A DNA stretch of 64,000 nt from Dimorphilus gyrociliatus (taxonomy: Eukaryota; Animalia; Annelida). The stretch is from the NCBI GenBank assembly GCA_904063045.1, contig CAJFCJ010000061.1, positions 24,744-88,743 of the forward strand. Reading direction: 5' to 3'. How positions within the stretch are numbered: the first letter of the stretch is position 1; each line of letters opens with the position of its first letter. The position numbers and the translations under genes are program-made. The notes under the pieces are model-generated. The model was not told the DNA's origin. It ran no database searches and was given only the letters and a program-made list of their open reading frames with translations. Below are positions 1-14,016 of this stretch, one piece after another.

Positions 1-1834
1 TGATAAAGATAGTAGAATATGTCTTGTAACCTATATTTGCCCTATTGGTTGTTTTTGCTCTTCTCCTTTTGATATTAGCTGCTATAAAATGATAAAAATA
101 CCAAAAGTAACAAAAGTAACAATAAAAGGATTAGAATTGATTTCAATGCAACAATCTTTTGATGAAATATTTGATTTTTTTTTTAAAATAACAACACCAT
201 TAACACTTGTTAAATTAATAATAAAAAATTCAAATAATTTAACATTTTCAAAATTAAATCAATTTTTCAATTTGAAAATTTTACACTTGGAAAATACTGG
301 AAAATTTTTATCAATTTTAAAAAATTCATCATTAGATCAACTAAAATATTTGTATTATTTAAATTTATCAAACAATAACATCATTGAAATTGAACAGAAC
401 GCATTCAAAAATCTTGAATATTTAAATATTCTTGATATATCATATAATAAAATAAAAGTTTTACATTTGAATTTGTTTGCAAATCTTTTTAATTTAATAG
501 ATTTGAAAATGGACAATTTAAATTTAGTTATCATTGATAAATCTCCATTTAAAAATCTTGAAAAATTACTCAAATTATCACTGCAAAATACTGACATTCT
601 AAATATTATTAACATTAAATCAGATATTTTTCAAAAAAATATCAATTTAAAAATATTAAACAGTAAATACATGATTTTTTGTTGTTTTACTGACAAACTA
701 CAGAAAATGAAAGATTGTAAACCTAAAAGAACAATATTCATTTCATGTGGTCAATTAATTAATTCAAGAATTTTAAAAAGTAATTTTTTTTTCTTTTTTT
801 TTAAATTTTCTCATTTTTCTTTGTTTGCAAAAGAAATTGTCTACATTCTAATATTTTTTGGCTCTTTTGGTAATATATTATCATTGTATTTAAAGATAAA
901 AAGTGTTAAAAGACCAACAAATTTATTTCAAATAAGTTTAACAGCAGCAGATCTATTGCTTATTGTCTATCTGTCTATTATTGCTGTTTATGATGCAATT
1001 TTTCAAGATAAATATTTAGATCATGATTGGGAGTGGAGGAATAGCAAAATGTGCAAATTTCTAGGTGTACTCAGTAGTTCATCATGTCTTTTATCCTCGA
1101 TTAGTATGGTCTACTTGACAGTAGAAAAAACAGCAGCTGTTAAACAATATAAGATAATTCAGTACTTGAGTTTAAAATCTGTACTATTTGTCTTAGTCTT
1201 ATCAGTGGGAATAACTGTGTCCTTAGCTGTATTTCCTCTTTATTATAAGGTAAACAAGTAGAATGATATTGTTTTTATTTTTTCAAAAAAAAAATTCTAT
1301 TTCTTCCATTTCTCTTTCTTTTTCAAATACCAGAATTATGCAAATAGATATCCATTATGCTTTTCACTTCATTTAACAAATGAAAAAAAAGCTGGATGGC
1401 TATATTCTCTTATTGTTTTTTCCTTATTACCTATTTTCCTTATAGGTATAGTTGGCTATTTCTATCTTGAAATACTCAGAGAAGTCATAAAGAGTAGTCA
1501 AATCATTTCAAGGAAACAATTGTATTTAAGAGTGAAAAAAATAGTCTTGATTGCCTTTATGATCATAACAACAAATGTAATAACCTGGTTACCTATTCTA
1601 TTTTTAAGTATTGAACAAAAATTATAATCAATGATTAATTAAAATAGAAAATAATATTTTATCATATTTTTCTTAGGTATTTTAGCTGCATTTCAAAAAA
1701 GTCCATTAACACAAGAAACATACTTGTGGATATTTGTGTGTATTCTACCAGTTAATTCTGTTTTAAATCCAATCATTTTTAATAGTTTTGAATTGAAAAC
1801 TTTCATTCAAAATAGGAATACAGCTTCCAAGTAA
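1..1834 (+). CDS. GRL101/LGR-type leucine-rich-repeat GPCR, 5'-truncated by the window edge
   Basis: Frame is open to base 1 (DKDSRICLVTYICPIGCFCSSPF, LRRNT-like). It continues through LRRs (LYYLNLSNNNIIEIEQNAFKNLEYLNILDISYNKI), a hinge (FCC...CKP...SCGQLI) and 7TM. GT-AG introns at 780-833, 1250-1333 and 1608-1676 join in frame. TM7 reads LPVNSVLNPII; stop TAA at 1832-1834. Confidence 0.9.
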
Positions 1835-1999
1835 ATATCTTTAACATTTTTTGTTTTTAAGTATACACAAAAATAACATTCTTTTTTTATTTTCATAAAA
1901 AACAACAACAACAAAAAGAGAACATTTATGTAAAAAATTAAATTTTGAATATACAGAACAAGGTTAGTTCAATTTGTCAGAATAATATTTATTTAAATT

Positions 2000-2447
2000 T
2001 TGAAAATAAACAAACAAACAGTAAAGCAATTTTTCAAAAATTCTAAAAAAATTGGAGTAATATTTGAGAAAACTACAAATGAATATTCTACAGTGAACTT
2101 TAATAAAAAGGCAAACAACTTGCAAGAACTTTTCAAATTTTCATCAAGAATGATAAATATAATTGATAAAATGAATAGCATTAAAATGACAATAAAAAAT
2201 CTTGATGACAAATTATTTATCTATCAAGTAGATATATTTTATTTGTTTGAATTTGTTTTTTTTTCTCTTTTTGTTATTAGACTTAATGTTTTTTTTTCAG
2301 AAAGAAATGAATAATGATCACGTGATGTATTCTCTTTTAATGAGAAAATCTAATATTGTGTTGACATATGACAGTACTTTTTGTCAAAATAACATCTATT
2401 TTATTATGTGTTATATAGACAAATTTTTAAAATGTTACAACAGTTAG
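2000..2447 (+). CDS. Possible small two-exon gene of unknown function
   Basis: Two ORFs join in frame through a GT-AG intron at 2228-2300. No recognisable domain; the start is uncertain. Confidence 0.25.
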
Positions 2448-2828
2448 ATTAAATACAAATCAAAATGATGTTAGGCTTATTGAAATGAATTTGTGTGATT
2501 TTCTCAGAAGTTGTTGTATTTGAACAGCTATTGCTGAAGGGAAGCAATATTGTGCTGCTTCTACTCAAACTTAGTGAGCAACAAAATTTCAAGTTTAAAT
2601 GATTTATACAATAGGAACTTAATTGAGTAGTTTTAGGAAAGTTCAATAGCAGAGTAGGAGTATTATTCTAGCAATTCGAATGTGCTAAAATATTTAGCTT
2701 GTTGCCATATGATGTTTCAAATCTTCTTCTCAAGTTGGGAGGTTAGAGGTAGAGGTGGAGGGAGAAACACTAAACCAATATCTAAGTATTTTTTCTACTT
2801 ACAAATATAGAAATATTATTATTGAAAT

Positions 2829-2840
2829 TGTCACGTGACA
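2829..2840. promoter_or_regulatory. TGTCACGTGACA palindrome (CLEAR/E-box type)
   Basis: Perfect 12-bp palindrome containing GTCACGTGAC; the same 12-mer occurs at 35602-35613. Confidence 0.35.
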
Positions 2841-3028
2841 TGTCATTTAAAGAATTAACGGTATTTCATAAATTGATATACTATACCTTGGTTTACTTAT
2901 TTATTAGAAACAGTGTGATTAGCATAGTTTTTGCTTGTTTAAAAAAAAGAAACCTTTTATTAAATTTTTTCTTAAAAATCTCTGTTTTTCATGGATTTAT
3001 CTAAGAAATGTTTAGTTTTGTTACTTTT

Positions 3029-3961
3029 TGTACTTTGTTGTATTGTAATTGTAGGAATTTCTGGTTCGTCACAACTGTAATCGTCCTTTCCAATCATTTA
3101 CCAACTTGCCAAAGTACTGGTCCAAATAGAACCTTTAAAGTTCGTCCACAAATAGTCTAACAAAGGCAATTTCGGTAGAAATTGATTAACAAAACACCAG
3201 TATTTCGTCCAAAGAATATGTATTGAGTAAAATGAGCTTCTAGTTCTAAACAAGCTAGTTTAAACAACTAGCTGACGGTTAGAAAACTGAACTATCAACT
3301 GTTAATTTCGTAGGGTTTATATACTCTTTTAAGGGTTGATAGTTCACAAATTTCAATGTTCACAAAAACAAAAGTAACATTTGAAGACAAAGAAAAGTTC
3401 TAAATATGGTCATGTTTTTATTGTTTTCCTCTTCTAAATAATAGTTGAATTTCGAAGGTTGGAGAGTTGCATAAGATGTAACAATTTTAGTAGGACAAGT
3501 CCAACAATCAAGAAAACATGTAGATTGTATATTTGACCGTTTTTATATTCTACCTTAATAATGATATTCAATTGATTGAGTTAGTAAATTTAGCATCAGC
3601 ATATAAGGAGGAAGTATATCTGATTAATGCATGTTAAAAAGAACAGTATTGTGTATACAATACTGTTGAATAGTGAATATAATCTAACCTTAGAATTTAA
3701 GCATAATTGATAATTAATTGAACTAGTTTTAGTTCGAAATCATAAATTTATGGATTAATAAATTGTAATATTAATGCTAGGTTGCAAATAGCAAATATTC
3801 TTTATATAATTCAATAGGTTTTATTACTGCATAATGTGTATGCACTGCCCTATGCGAAACTAGGTCACTACTGCTTATCTTTATCAGTGCTATCTGCATA
3901 GTACAATACTGGTTCAATACTACTTCTCTATTGTAGAATATAGCTGACGAATGTATGTGTA
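3029..3961. repeat. Unclassified ~0.93-kb interspersed repeat R1, copy 1
   Basis: Collinear high similarity to 33758-34678, from TGTACTTTGTTGTATT to GCTGACGAWTGTATGTGTA. Confidence 0.9.
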
Positions 3962-4502
3962 CAATTGTAGTTGGTGAAACAGTACTATACGTCCAAAAAT
4001 ACAAATAGGAAGGCGGAAGAAGATCTAAAATATTACATACAATAGTAACATTATCTTTGAAGTTAGTCTGGTAAGCATTCCAAGCCATAAGAGGAAGTAT
4101 ACAAATCACAATATTGAACAGCCACATACCAGCAAGTAAGATAACTGCTCTCCTTATTGTCCATATTTTATGAAAATTAAAAGGATTTACAACTGCAATA
4201 AACTTTTCAAATGTAATTAGAGTCAATGTAAATGATGACACAGCAATAATTAATAATACTGATTGAGTCAGGAAAAGACAACTGTAAAAACTTGCTTGTT
4301 TATCAGTAAGATAGAAAAAGCATAAAACACTTATTGAATAGAAAATATCAGTAAAAGTCAATGCAGTAACACCAAAGTTCTCTAGTTTCCAAATATCTCT
4401 ATTTATTGTGCGAATAGCAATTAAATTTCCATTTAAGATCAGACCAAAAATCTGATTACAACTCATAAATGTCATTACAATCACTTGGTAGAAATTATCC
4501 AT
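3962..4502 (-). pseudogene. Class A (rhodopsin-like) GPCR, TM1 to start of TM5, cut off by repeat R1
   Basis: GLILNG (TM1), ALTFTD (TM2), ITFEKFIAVVNPF (DRY-equivalent TM3), TM4 Trp and ECL2 Cys are present. From HIHSS onward the ORF reads into R1; TM6-7 were not found. Confidence 0.75.
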
Positions 4503-4904
4503 TTTTAACAGAAATTTAGATAGTGCAAAGTTTTTGCTTAGTGTATATTCAAAAATTCAAAATGGCTGCTATTATTAACTTAATTCTCTCTTTTATATCT
4601 GATATTATAGTTCATAAGTTATTCATTACTTAATGTGCTCTCCTATAATTGTATAAACCTATCATATTGTTAAGAAATTGCTATGGATATTAGTGTTAAG
4701 AACAATAACTTAGTATAGGGTTCAAGGTCAATATTTTGTGTTTAGGATGAAAACACATACAAAGAAATTGTTTTTAAAATTCTATGTTTTTTAAGAAATA
4801 TAAACTCATCTCTTCAAAAATTTGAAAGAAATACTGTAACTATCTCCTTCAATTCTATAAACTTTTAGCAATGATAACATGCATCACTTTTCCATTGGGA
4901 ATGG

Positions 4905-5700
4905 GAAAAAGAATAAATATTGGCAGTTTTCTCCAATAGATTCAATGCAGTTATTTTTCCTTGTTTCTATTTATCCCATATGCTGAAAATATTTTTCTGC
5001 TTCTTAATGCTTAATTTTTTTGATATTTTTTCAACTTCTTTTCTGATAAGAGCTTTTGAAAGACTGCAATTAAAGGTTCTTCATGTTTCAAAAAATCAAC
5101 TAATAAATAGAAACAAGTATTTGGCATAGCTTTTATCTTAAGTCTTCTATGCCATCCCTCTACATCATTGTTAGTATGAATGCTCATTCCAAATACAGAC
5201 CAATTAGCTGCAGTCCAAATTGAATTTGTAATGCAAGTCTTTTCAATATATTCATATAAATGTCTATATACATTTTTCTCCAAAGCTTCTCTTTTTAAGG
5301 TGGAAAAAGTAGGTGGAATCACTTGAGACGGAAGGAAAGGCAGGGCTAATAATTTTCTCATCATATTTTTTACATCTTTGCTAGTTTTATAGTCAGTTGC
5401 ATATCCCAAATTATAAAAATTGAAACAGTTTTATTTCTCTTTTCCCAAAAAAAGAGGATGAGTTTTTCCCATACTCTTTTCCATCTTATTCCCCTATTTT
5501 ATCAAACAACAGGAACGTTTATACAACCTAGGAAGTAACAAACATAAATTTTGGTAAAAGAACAAAAGGAAAAATGTTGACTTTAAAACATTTTTCTCTA
5601 TAATCTATCATTTACAAACATTTCAGATATCCATTAAAAGAAATTTAATCTATTGCAACAAGTGTGAGTTTTTTTACTTCTTTTGGTGTCACTATTGTCT
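4905..5700 (-). mobile_element. Degenerate MULE transposase 3' fragment
   Basis: LLALPFLP...WSVFGMSIHTNNDVEGWHRRL matches the last exon of the other MULE copies; TIRs not identified. Confidence 0.8.
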
Positions 5701-6040
5701 TTGAAATATTTCTCTTTATTTCTAAATGTATAAACAAGTTCAAAGCATAAAATGTTTAGATAATTATTTTCAAATTCCAATGGAAAAACATTTTGTAATA
5801 GGTTAATCCTAAGGCATAAACAATTGAAAAGAAATTGTATATATCAATCCTGAATTAATCCTCTTACTGAATGGGCCAAGCATCACTTCAGAATATAGTT
5901 CTATTTTTTTTACAAATTGGTTATATACTCATCTTCCCTCAATTCTACATCTTTTCTAAGGAGCTGCAACAATGTGAAATGAAAAAAATCTTTTCCAAAT
6001 GTTTTGAGAAGGATTTATAAGAAAAATATTGTTGAAAAAA

Positions 6041-6620
6041 GGGGCCGACAGAAAACGTCCCCAACAGAAAACATCCCCAAACTGACAGAAAATGTCCCCA
6101 CACAGAGAGAAATTGTCACTTTTGCATAAAATAAAGTTAACTTTTTGGATTTTTGAATAAGTCTTTTTTTGAAACCTTACAATTTGAAATATATCAAACT
6201 TATAGAACTTCAATCTTGTTTTGACATTTTGTTGAATTTTTGGATTTGGTTAGTTTTAGAAACCAAATAGCAGATGTTATGCTAATGCTAGGTTTTTGAG
6301 CTAGGGTTAGGGTCAGGGTCAGGGTTAAGGTTATGTGAAATCATAGAATTAGGCAAAGGGTTAGGTAAAATCATGGGATTCAGCTTATGGTAAGTGTCTG
6401 TTGTGAAATTTTGAAATTTTCAATCTGTACTTTTGTCAAAATGGTTTGGGTTAGGGTTAGAGAGTAGCTTATATTCAGTATTTCTTCAAAAGTTGCAGAA
6501 TTGGGCTATTGTTAGCTTGAAGATGTGTTTTGTCAGTTTGGGGATGTTTTCTGTTGATTTGGGGAGGTTTTCTATCAGTGTGGAGACATTTTTTGTTTCT
6601 CAGTTTAAAATATTTGATTT
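6041..6620. mobile_element. Non-autonomous MULE/MITE (A-type TIR) with telomere-like interior; right end interrupted
   Basis: Starts GGGGCCGACAGAAAACGTCCCC followed by tandem ACAGAAAAYRTCCCCA units. An inverted array lies at ~6530-6600, with degenerate GGTTAGGG runs at 6290-6460. Confidence 0.75.
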
Positions 6621-6807
6621 GGGGTCAGGTGTGAATGTACCCCAGGTGGGTGTGAACATACCCAGGTACATTCACACCCTATTTTTATATTTATTTTATT
6701 TTTGAATTTTTGAATAAACATGTACATTGACACCCCGTTTTCATTCTTTTCCTTCATGATATATTTGTTAATATATTGATTAGATGGAATGCAGATATTA
6801 AATAGAA

Positions 6808-9175
6808 GAATTGGGGTGAAACTGCACCCAGGTGAAACTGTACCTGAGTGAAACCATACCCATGGTGGGTGAAACTGTACCTGAGTGAAATCATACCCAT
6901 GGTGGGTGAAACCATACCCATAAAAAGTATAGTTAATTGAAGATGTATTAATACTAAGGACAGTGATATATAATCTAAGAAAATGATAATAAAGAACTAT
7001 TGAAATATAAAAGATGAAAAATCTGGAAAAAGTGAGGATAAAAGAAAGAATACTATGGAGCATAAATGTATGATGTTTGAACTAAAAGTTCATCAGCCAA
7101 TAGTCCTCTAAGTCTATAATTTTCCCAGATTTCAAATATTTTCCTCCCTATTTAATATACTGCTTTTTCTAATACTTGATAATCTTTTTCTCAGACAAAA
7201 GTTTTTGATAGATGATAACTAAATTTGCTTCTCTCTTTAGTTCATCTATCAGCCAATAAAATGATCCTTTAGATGCTACTTTATTATTCATTCTATTGTG
7301 CCATCCCTCAACACTGTTATTACTTCTTATGAACAATGCATATATAGACCAATTTTCTGGTTTCCATATGGAATTAATAATCCAAGTAGCCTCAAAATAT
7401 TCTAATAAATCTCCAAACTTTTCTTTTTCCATCAGTTCAGATTTTAATCTGTAAAATGTTGGAGCAATGATATCAGCAGGCAAAAAACATAAGGCCATCA
7501 GCTTTCTCATGTCTCTCCAGTCTTCTCCTTTTTTCATATACTTCCCAGAGTAGCCAAGAGACTGCAGTAACATTCATTTAAAAGAAAAATTTGAAAAGTT
7601 GATTGAAAATGAATATTATACCTGAAGTTTCCTGTAGATTGCCTGTGTAAAATGGAAAACAGAACCATGAATTTTTGATTCTTGATATATTCTGGATACA
7701 GCTCTCCACAGACCCATCTAAAAATCAATTGTAATTTTCTCAGGTTGTGACATGCCAGTCAGATTTCTGATACTCTGAATTATGAAATACATTTTGAAAA
7801 GTTGAAAAATAAGTTGCTGATAATTATACCTTAAATGCCTTTTGATAGCTTTTTCTTTTTTTTGATGTCATAAAGATGAATGCTAAGGGAACATGTTTCA
7901 TTTCTCCATCTTTTTTTACATAGCTGTGTATAGATAAGAGCTGATAAAATGGATCCTTCACAATCTTGAATGTTCCATCAATAAACCAGTGATTTGATTG
8001 ACCAAGCAAATTAAGTTGGTGGCTGATAGCAAAAATAAGAATTCTTTCTGTATTTCATAGATGTCATCTTGCAAAAAATCATCTGGAATGAAATCTTTAT
8101 TTAAATCAAAGTCCACTTCTTTTGGTTCTTTGGGCCTTAGTTCTTGCCTTGTGAAATTAGCAACTCTTTTCAGATAATCAACATTTGGCAGAGAATCTGT
8201 ATGATTGCTGTGCTTTAAAAGAATTGTTTCAGCTAATCTCTTTCCACTTGAACTTGTGTCACTTTTACACATTTTTTTCAAATCTTTTCTAATTCTGATG
8301 TCTGTGGTTAAATGGTCATTTTTACCATGAATGTGTTCTAACTTTCCCTTTATGAATATTTTCCTCAACTCACTTAGACTTTCTGCATTTTGATGTTCAT
8401 GTTCAATTGAATTTTTCAGTTTTCCATCCACATCACAAGTTTCTATGCCTGGATCTTCAGGTCTGATGGTCTGAAGGAGGCACTTTCTCTTTTCACAATC
8501 CAGACAAACTGATACCTTAGAATCTGAATGAAATAGCTGAATTATTATAATAATCATATGGATTATAGAATGATACCTATGATGCATTTCTGATGAATAA
8601 TTTCATTGCATAGCACACAGGATTTTCTCTTCTGTCTTCCATGTACAACAAGCTTGCAATTTTTACATTTAACTGCCATATTTCAATAATGACTGAAAAT
8701 ATTCATTATAAATAATGCTATCTAACAAACAGTTATCATTAGCATTTATTCAAAATGGCTGAACATTCTTTATCAAATAAATTCAATATTTTCCAAATGA
8801 AGATAAGATGCATAATGAAAATCTTAATACAACATTGAACTAGATTAAATTCCATATGAATTTACCTCTTTTCAATCCTCCAAGATAAACTTTGTCCAAA
8901 TATATTCAGGAAATATGTTCTGACTTTCTAAGTAAACTCTTTCCAAAGTGAAAGTTTTCTTTTTCAATTTTAAAATGGCTGTCTTTTTATATTTTAACAA
9001 TCTTTTTATTGTTTTTGGTTTAGTTATTATTATTTAATAATATAAGATAACTAGGTTTCTTGTGGGTATGGTTTCACCCACCATGGGTATGATTTCACTC
9101 AGGTATGGTTCCACCCAGGTACAGTTTCACTTGCCATGGGTATAGTTTCACTTGGGTACGGTTTCACCCACTCCC
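6808..9175 (-). mobile_element. MULE 'B1' (2368 bp), defective PHD-FLYWCH-MULE transposase
   Basis: 9-bp TSD TAAATAGAA at 6799-6807 and 9176-9184. TIRs are tandem GGGTGAAACYRTACC units. ATG at 8679, with a frameshift in the PHD and a deletion across FLYWCH. WFIDGTFK and SNNSVEGWH motifs are present. Confidence 0.9.
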
Positions 9176-10195
9176 TAAATAGAATACATATCTCAACAAT
9201 ATTAACTACTACTTTAAAAGAAAATGTTGTTGAAAGTGAAATAGCAGCCATTTTAATAGTGGTAGTTTTATTAAATAAACTTTCACTTGGAATATTTATG
9301 CTTGCAAAGGTAAAGCTATATTTACTGAATAAATTTGGACAAAGTTCTTCTTGGAAGGGTTAGGAACAGAAGTAAGTATCTATATATAATCATTGAGATT
9401 GTTGATGCATGATATTTTGATGTAATGTATCATCTTCAATTATGAAAAAGCTCAATATTTATCATAAATAAAATTTCAGCCATTTTGAATATTTGGAAAG
9501 GAGATTTATTGATAACTGGAAATTTTTTCAGATAACCATCTACATTTGATTGGAGATTATAAAATGGCTTTCAAATGTCACAATTGTTATTCAACAATTT
9601 ATGGAAGGCAAAAATATTTGAAATGCAGCCTTTGTAAGAATCTTATTCATAGGAAATGCACAGGTATATAACTCTTTAATCAGCTTTCATGTAATTATAT
9701 TTTTTTTAGAAAACGGCCAGGATTGAAAACAGCCAGAGGTCAGTTGAAAATGGCCATAGGCTTGATTGAAAACAGCCAAAGACTTATTTGTATATAGAAA
9801 ATGATAAACATAATAATATTATTAAATAATTAACATATTTTTGATTGCATGATTTAAATGATTTTTTATGGGTTTGAGTGATAATATCAGTAGTAAATAA
9901 ATTAACCAGTTTCTTTTTTTCAATAGTGTATGTTTCACTGATTTTGAAACTTTCTGTTTGAAACCATTAGGTAATATTCATAAATTTAATAATTTAAACA
10001 TGTGTTATAGCAAAATTACTGTGTGATTTATGTTACAATTACAAACATCTCTCTTTATCCTTGTTTTCAGTTTTTTTCAGAAAATTTTGGATTGCTTTTT
10101 CATAGAAAGGGGTTTTGTTTTATGAGACCACTTTTAAAATGGCTCCTTGTTGCTTTTGTTGCCAAAAGAGAATATATAGAAAATTATGGATCCAT

Positions 10196-13100
10196 GGGGT
10201 TGACAGAAAATGTCCATGAAAGAAAACGTCCATGAAAGAAAATGTCCATGAAAGAAAACGTCCATAAACTGAAAGAAAACGTCCATTAAAATAAACTTCA
10301 TTTAAATATAAATATGTGTTGAAAAAGTAAACCTTTGGTAAAAGAATATGTTAAACATATAATTAATAAATGAAATATTCACAAAAAAAATCACTTAACT
10401 TTTCCTATTAGCTTAATTTTTTAGGAATTATATTTCCTTATGGAGTGAAAGAAAACATCCATAAAGTGAAAGAAAACGTCCATAAAGTGAAAGTAAACGT
10501 CCATACAGTGAAAGAAAACGTCCATACAGTGAAAGAAAATGTCTATAAACTAAAAGTAAATATCCATGAACTAAAAGAAAACATGAATAAAAATAAATTT
10601 CATTTAAATGTAAATCTATATTGAAAAACAAGTTAATAGAAAACTTTTTATATATACAACTTTAGGTTTACTATATAAATTGTGTATTGATTATTTGTAA
10701 ACAACTTTAAAACAAAGACAAACTTTTTTCAAGTTTTACAATTAAATGACCAGTGTTTTCAAGTAAAGTTTTTTGATATCAAGGTATTATCAATTATTTT
10801 CAATAATATAATTCTGAGCAAAGCTGCAGAAGCTGGTTTGCATTAATTTCACCTGTTTTAAAATTTTCCCAAATTAAGAAAAGATCTTTTTGAATTTGGC
10901 TATAAGTCTTCCTTTGAAGTCTAATTATCTTTCTCTCACTTAAAAGCTTTTTGTACAGATTTATCATGTCTGCTTCCCTCTTTAACTCATCAATCACTAA
11001 ATAAAAAGAAACATTTTCTCCAACAATTTTATTCAGCCTTTGATGATAACCTTCCAGATCATTATTTGTCCTTATGCTTTGATCAAAAACAGACCAAGTC
11101 TCTGGAGACCAAAATGTATTTTTTATCCAACTATTAGACACATAGTCCAACAAATCAGACAGTTTATTTTCTTTTATCAGTTGATTTTGAATTTTAGTGA
11201 ATTGATTTTCAATCATGCCATGAGGCAAATATGGCAAAGACATAATCATTCTCATGGATTCCCAAGCTCCCTCTTTTTTTCTAAATTCCCTGCTATAACC
11301 AAGTTCCTTAAACAAAAAAAATATTAATTGGATTGTTAAAAATTTTAGAAATCAATAAACCTGAATTTTTCTAAATATTGCCTGAGACCAGTGAAATGAA
11401 CATCCAGTCAAGACAGCATCAGGCCATATATTTTGTAAAGTTTTCCAAACAGCCTTTTCATAGTCTAAGACTATTTTCTTAGGAGCACAATTTTCAGCTA
11501 AATCCTTCACAGCCTTAAAAATTTAACATGATTGCTTATTAGTAAGTATATTTATGAAATGTAATTCTTACCTGGAAAAGTAGTTTATATGCTCTCTTTT
11601 TTTTAGAAGACAGAAAAGAAAAAAGCAAAGGAACTTGCTTAAGCTGTCAATTTTTTTTCAAAAATACATGAATAGAGTACATTTGAATGAAAGGTTCATT
11701 GGCAATCTTAAAAGTACCATCAAGGTACCAAATTTTACCCTTTGACAAAAGATCCAATTGATGATTTGTTGCAAAGATAATGATCCTCTCATTATTCATA
11801 TTTATATCCTTCTTTAAAAATTCAGGAGGAATGAATGTCATATTCAGCTCAAAGTTTTTATCATTGGGTACAATAGGCCTGTTCTTCCTTCTATTCCAAT
11901 TTGCCACTTCTTTACAATTAATTATATTTGGTAAGTTTGAAGTACTAGAATACTTGACAAGAACATTTTCAGCAATTCTTTTACCTGAAGAATTTATATC
12001 ACTAGAACAATTGTCTTTGATTTCATTTCTTATACGAATCCTGGTTTCTAAATTTTTTATTGGTGAATGACAATGAATGTTTGTCCCAATTGCAAAATTG
12101 CTTCCTTTTTGATTGATGCTTGCTTTACATTTTCTTTTTTTGCTTCTGACAGAACAAGTCCATACAGTAGTTGTTTTTGTTTTTAATTTAATAGTATATG
12201 AAAAACCTTTGTGAAAAAGTAAGTCTTTGCCTTTTTGACTTCCATGTGGCAGAATTTTAAAATGAAAATTGTCAGAAGAATTTTCTTTGGCAGATGTTTC
12301 ACTTTCAAAAGATTCTTCCTCAATTTTTTCAGATTCTATATATGCATTTTGAATTGTTTCAAAATTTTCAATTTCAATTTCATTATCATATTCAATATCA
12401 CTTCCATTAATGATATTTCCTTTGTCAACCTTTGTGTTTATACTTTCATCATTATTGTCATTGCTACTCCATGATATAGATAACCTCAATTCTTCTGTGA
12501 ACTCTTCAGTACTCTTTTCTTGTCCTTGATTATTATCTCCTTTCTCATCAATTTTTAATTTTTCCTCAGTCATGCTGTTATTCTCCTCAATATTCTTTTC
12601 TGGATATTCAACAATTGCTTCTTCCTTCTCATTAAGTTTTGCAGTAGAATTACTTTTTATTGGTACACTTTCCCTGCATTTTTTTGGTTCATCAATTCTC
12701 TTTAACATCACAAAACAGGTTTTTTTAGTTATTTTATAACAAATAAAACAGAGTGGTGATGCTGTTGATGAATCTGGAAGAAAAAAAAACAGTAAATGTT
12801 TTTCAAATAGAAGATAGTACAAACCATGCAGACATTTTATATGACAAATATGCAGGCACAATGAGCATTGGCCTTTTATTTGCCTACCAACAAATTTATC
12901 ATTGCAAATAGAACACTTGTCCATTATTCAATATTTTTTCTAAAATATTGGAGAAAAAGAAGAGCTAAATTAAAATTAATAAATGAATTTGTCATATCAT
13001 TATTATGATTATTTATGTAACAATTAGTATTTTGACAATAACATTGAAAAAAAACTTCATTAACAAATAAAATTGCTAAATTTATGTTAGATTGATTATT

Positions 13101-13465
13101 AATAAAATAATCAATAAGTTTTTAATCACAGAGATTATTAAGAACAAAAAAAACCTCTAAAAATTAAAAATTTCATATTACCTCAAGAGAGTGAAAATAG
13201 AAGAGGAAGTTGATATTTTGTATCTCTTTTCCTGAAGATTTCTTCATTTCTACCAGTTTTTTTAAAGTTTTGTGTTAATTTGTTTTTCAACATATATTTA
13301 TATTTAAATGAAAATTTCTTTATTTTATGTGTTCTTTTGATTCATGGATGTTTTCTTTCAGTTTATGGACGTTTTCTTTCACTTTATGGATGTTTTCTTT
13401 CAGTTCATGGACGTTTTCTTTCGGTTTATGGACGTTTTCTTTCATGGACGTTTTCTGTCGCATCC
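10196..13465 (-). mobile_element. MULE 'A' (3270 bp), near-intact
   Basis: 9-bp TSD TGGATCCAT at 10187-10195 and 13466-13474. Termini are GGGGTTGACAG and GGATGCGACAG, with tandem GAAAGAAAACGTCCAT arrays at both ends. Confidence 0.95.
10800..12924 (-). pseudogene. PHD-FLYWCH-MULE transposase of element A with one in-frame TGA
   Basis: Four coding exons join at GT-AG sites. Motifs: C4HC3 PHD, GKDLLFHKGFSY..WTCS..C..HCH (FLYWCH), WYLDGTFK, IVLDYE, GCSFHW and TNNDLEGYH. The only lesion seen is TGA at 11647-11649, where copies B1, D and E have Gly (KKDG/KKEG). Confidence 0.85.
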
Positions 13466-14016
13466 TGGATCCATATGCACTCTATCCAAGAAAAAATTTC
13501 ATTTGAAATGTCTAAAAGGTAACACTTCATTATTAATTTTGATTAAGTTTTAAAGTTATTGTTTTAGATGGTTTTTGCTCAATGTGTACAACAATCAACA
13601 AATGCCAATTAAAAGTAATTTTGAACAAATATGATAACATTTCCATACTTCTTCAACAATCAGAAACTGAAGGTAACAATCCAATGGCAGTGGACAGCCA
13701 AACCTCAACTCCTGACGAAATATTGGAAGAGAAGAGCATGACAGAAGCTGTTGTTACCACATTTCAATTGGAAGGAGAATTGCCAACAAGTTCTCCAGAG
13801 AACAAAAATATCATGGAAGTTGATCATGAAGAAGAGTGCATGACAACTGAAATCATACAAGAAGATAATATTAATGTAGTTGATGCCTAAAATGAAATAG
13901 AAAGCTCATTTGAAGACATAATGGATGAGGTTAACTTAGATGATGATGGAGCATTTAGAATTTTCAAGAATGGGAGCCAAAAAGGAAAACCATTAATGGT
14001 TCATAATGGTTATTTA

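Noticed and set aside
3100-3300. R1 as a DIRS or gypsy RNase H relic
   Set aside because: The resemblance rests on a few residues across stops, with no catalytic motif found; left unclassified.
10196-10640. Short tandem arrays (also 13320-13465, 6808-6920, 14017-14100 and 61939-62045) superficially resembling CRISPR
   Set aside because: There are no unique spacers; they are subterminal arrays of MULE TIRs bounded by TSDs.
13280-13553. Repetitive ORFs such as YGRFLSL.. and MDVFFQF.. (also 10428-10631 and 61834-62070)
   Set aside because: These are translations of TIR arrays, not genes.
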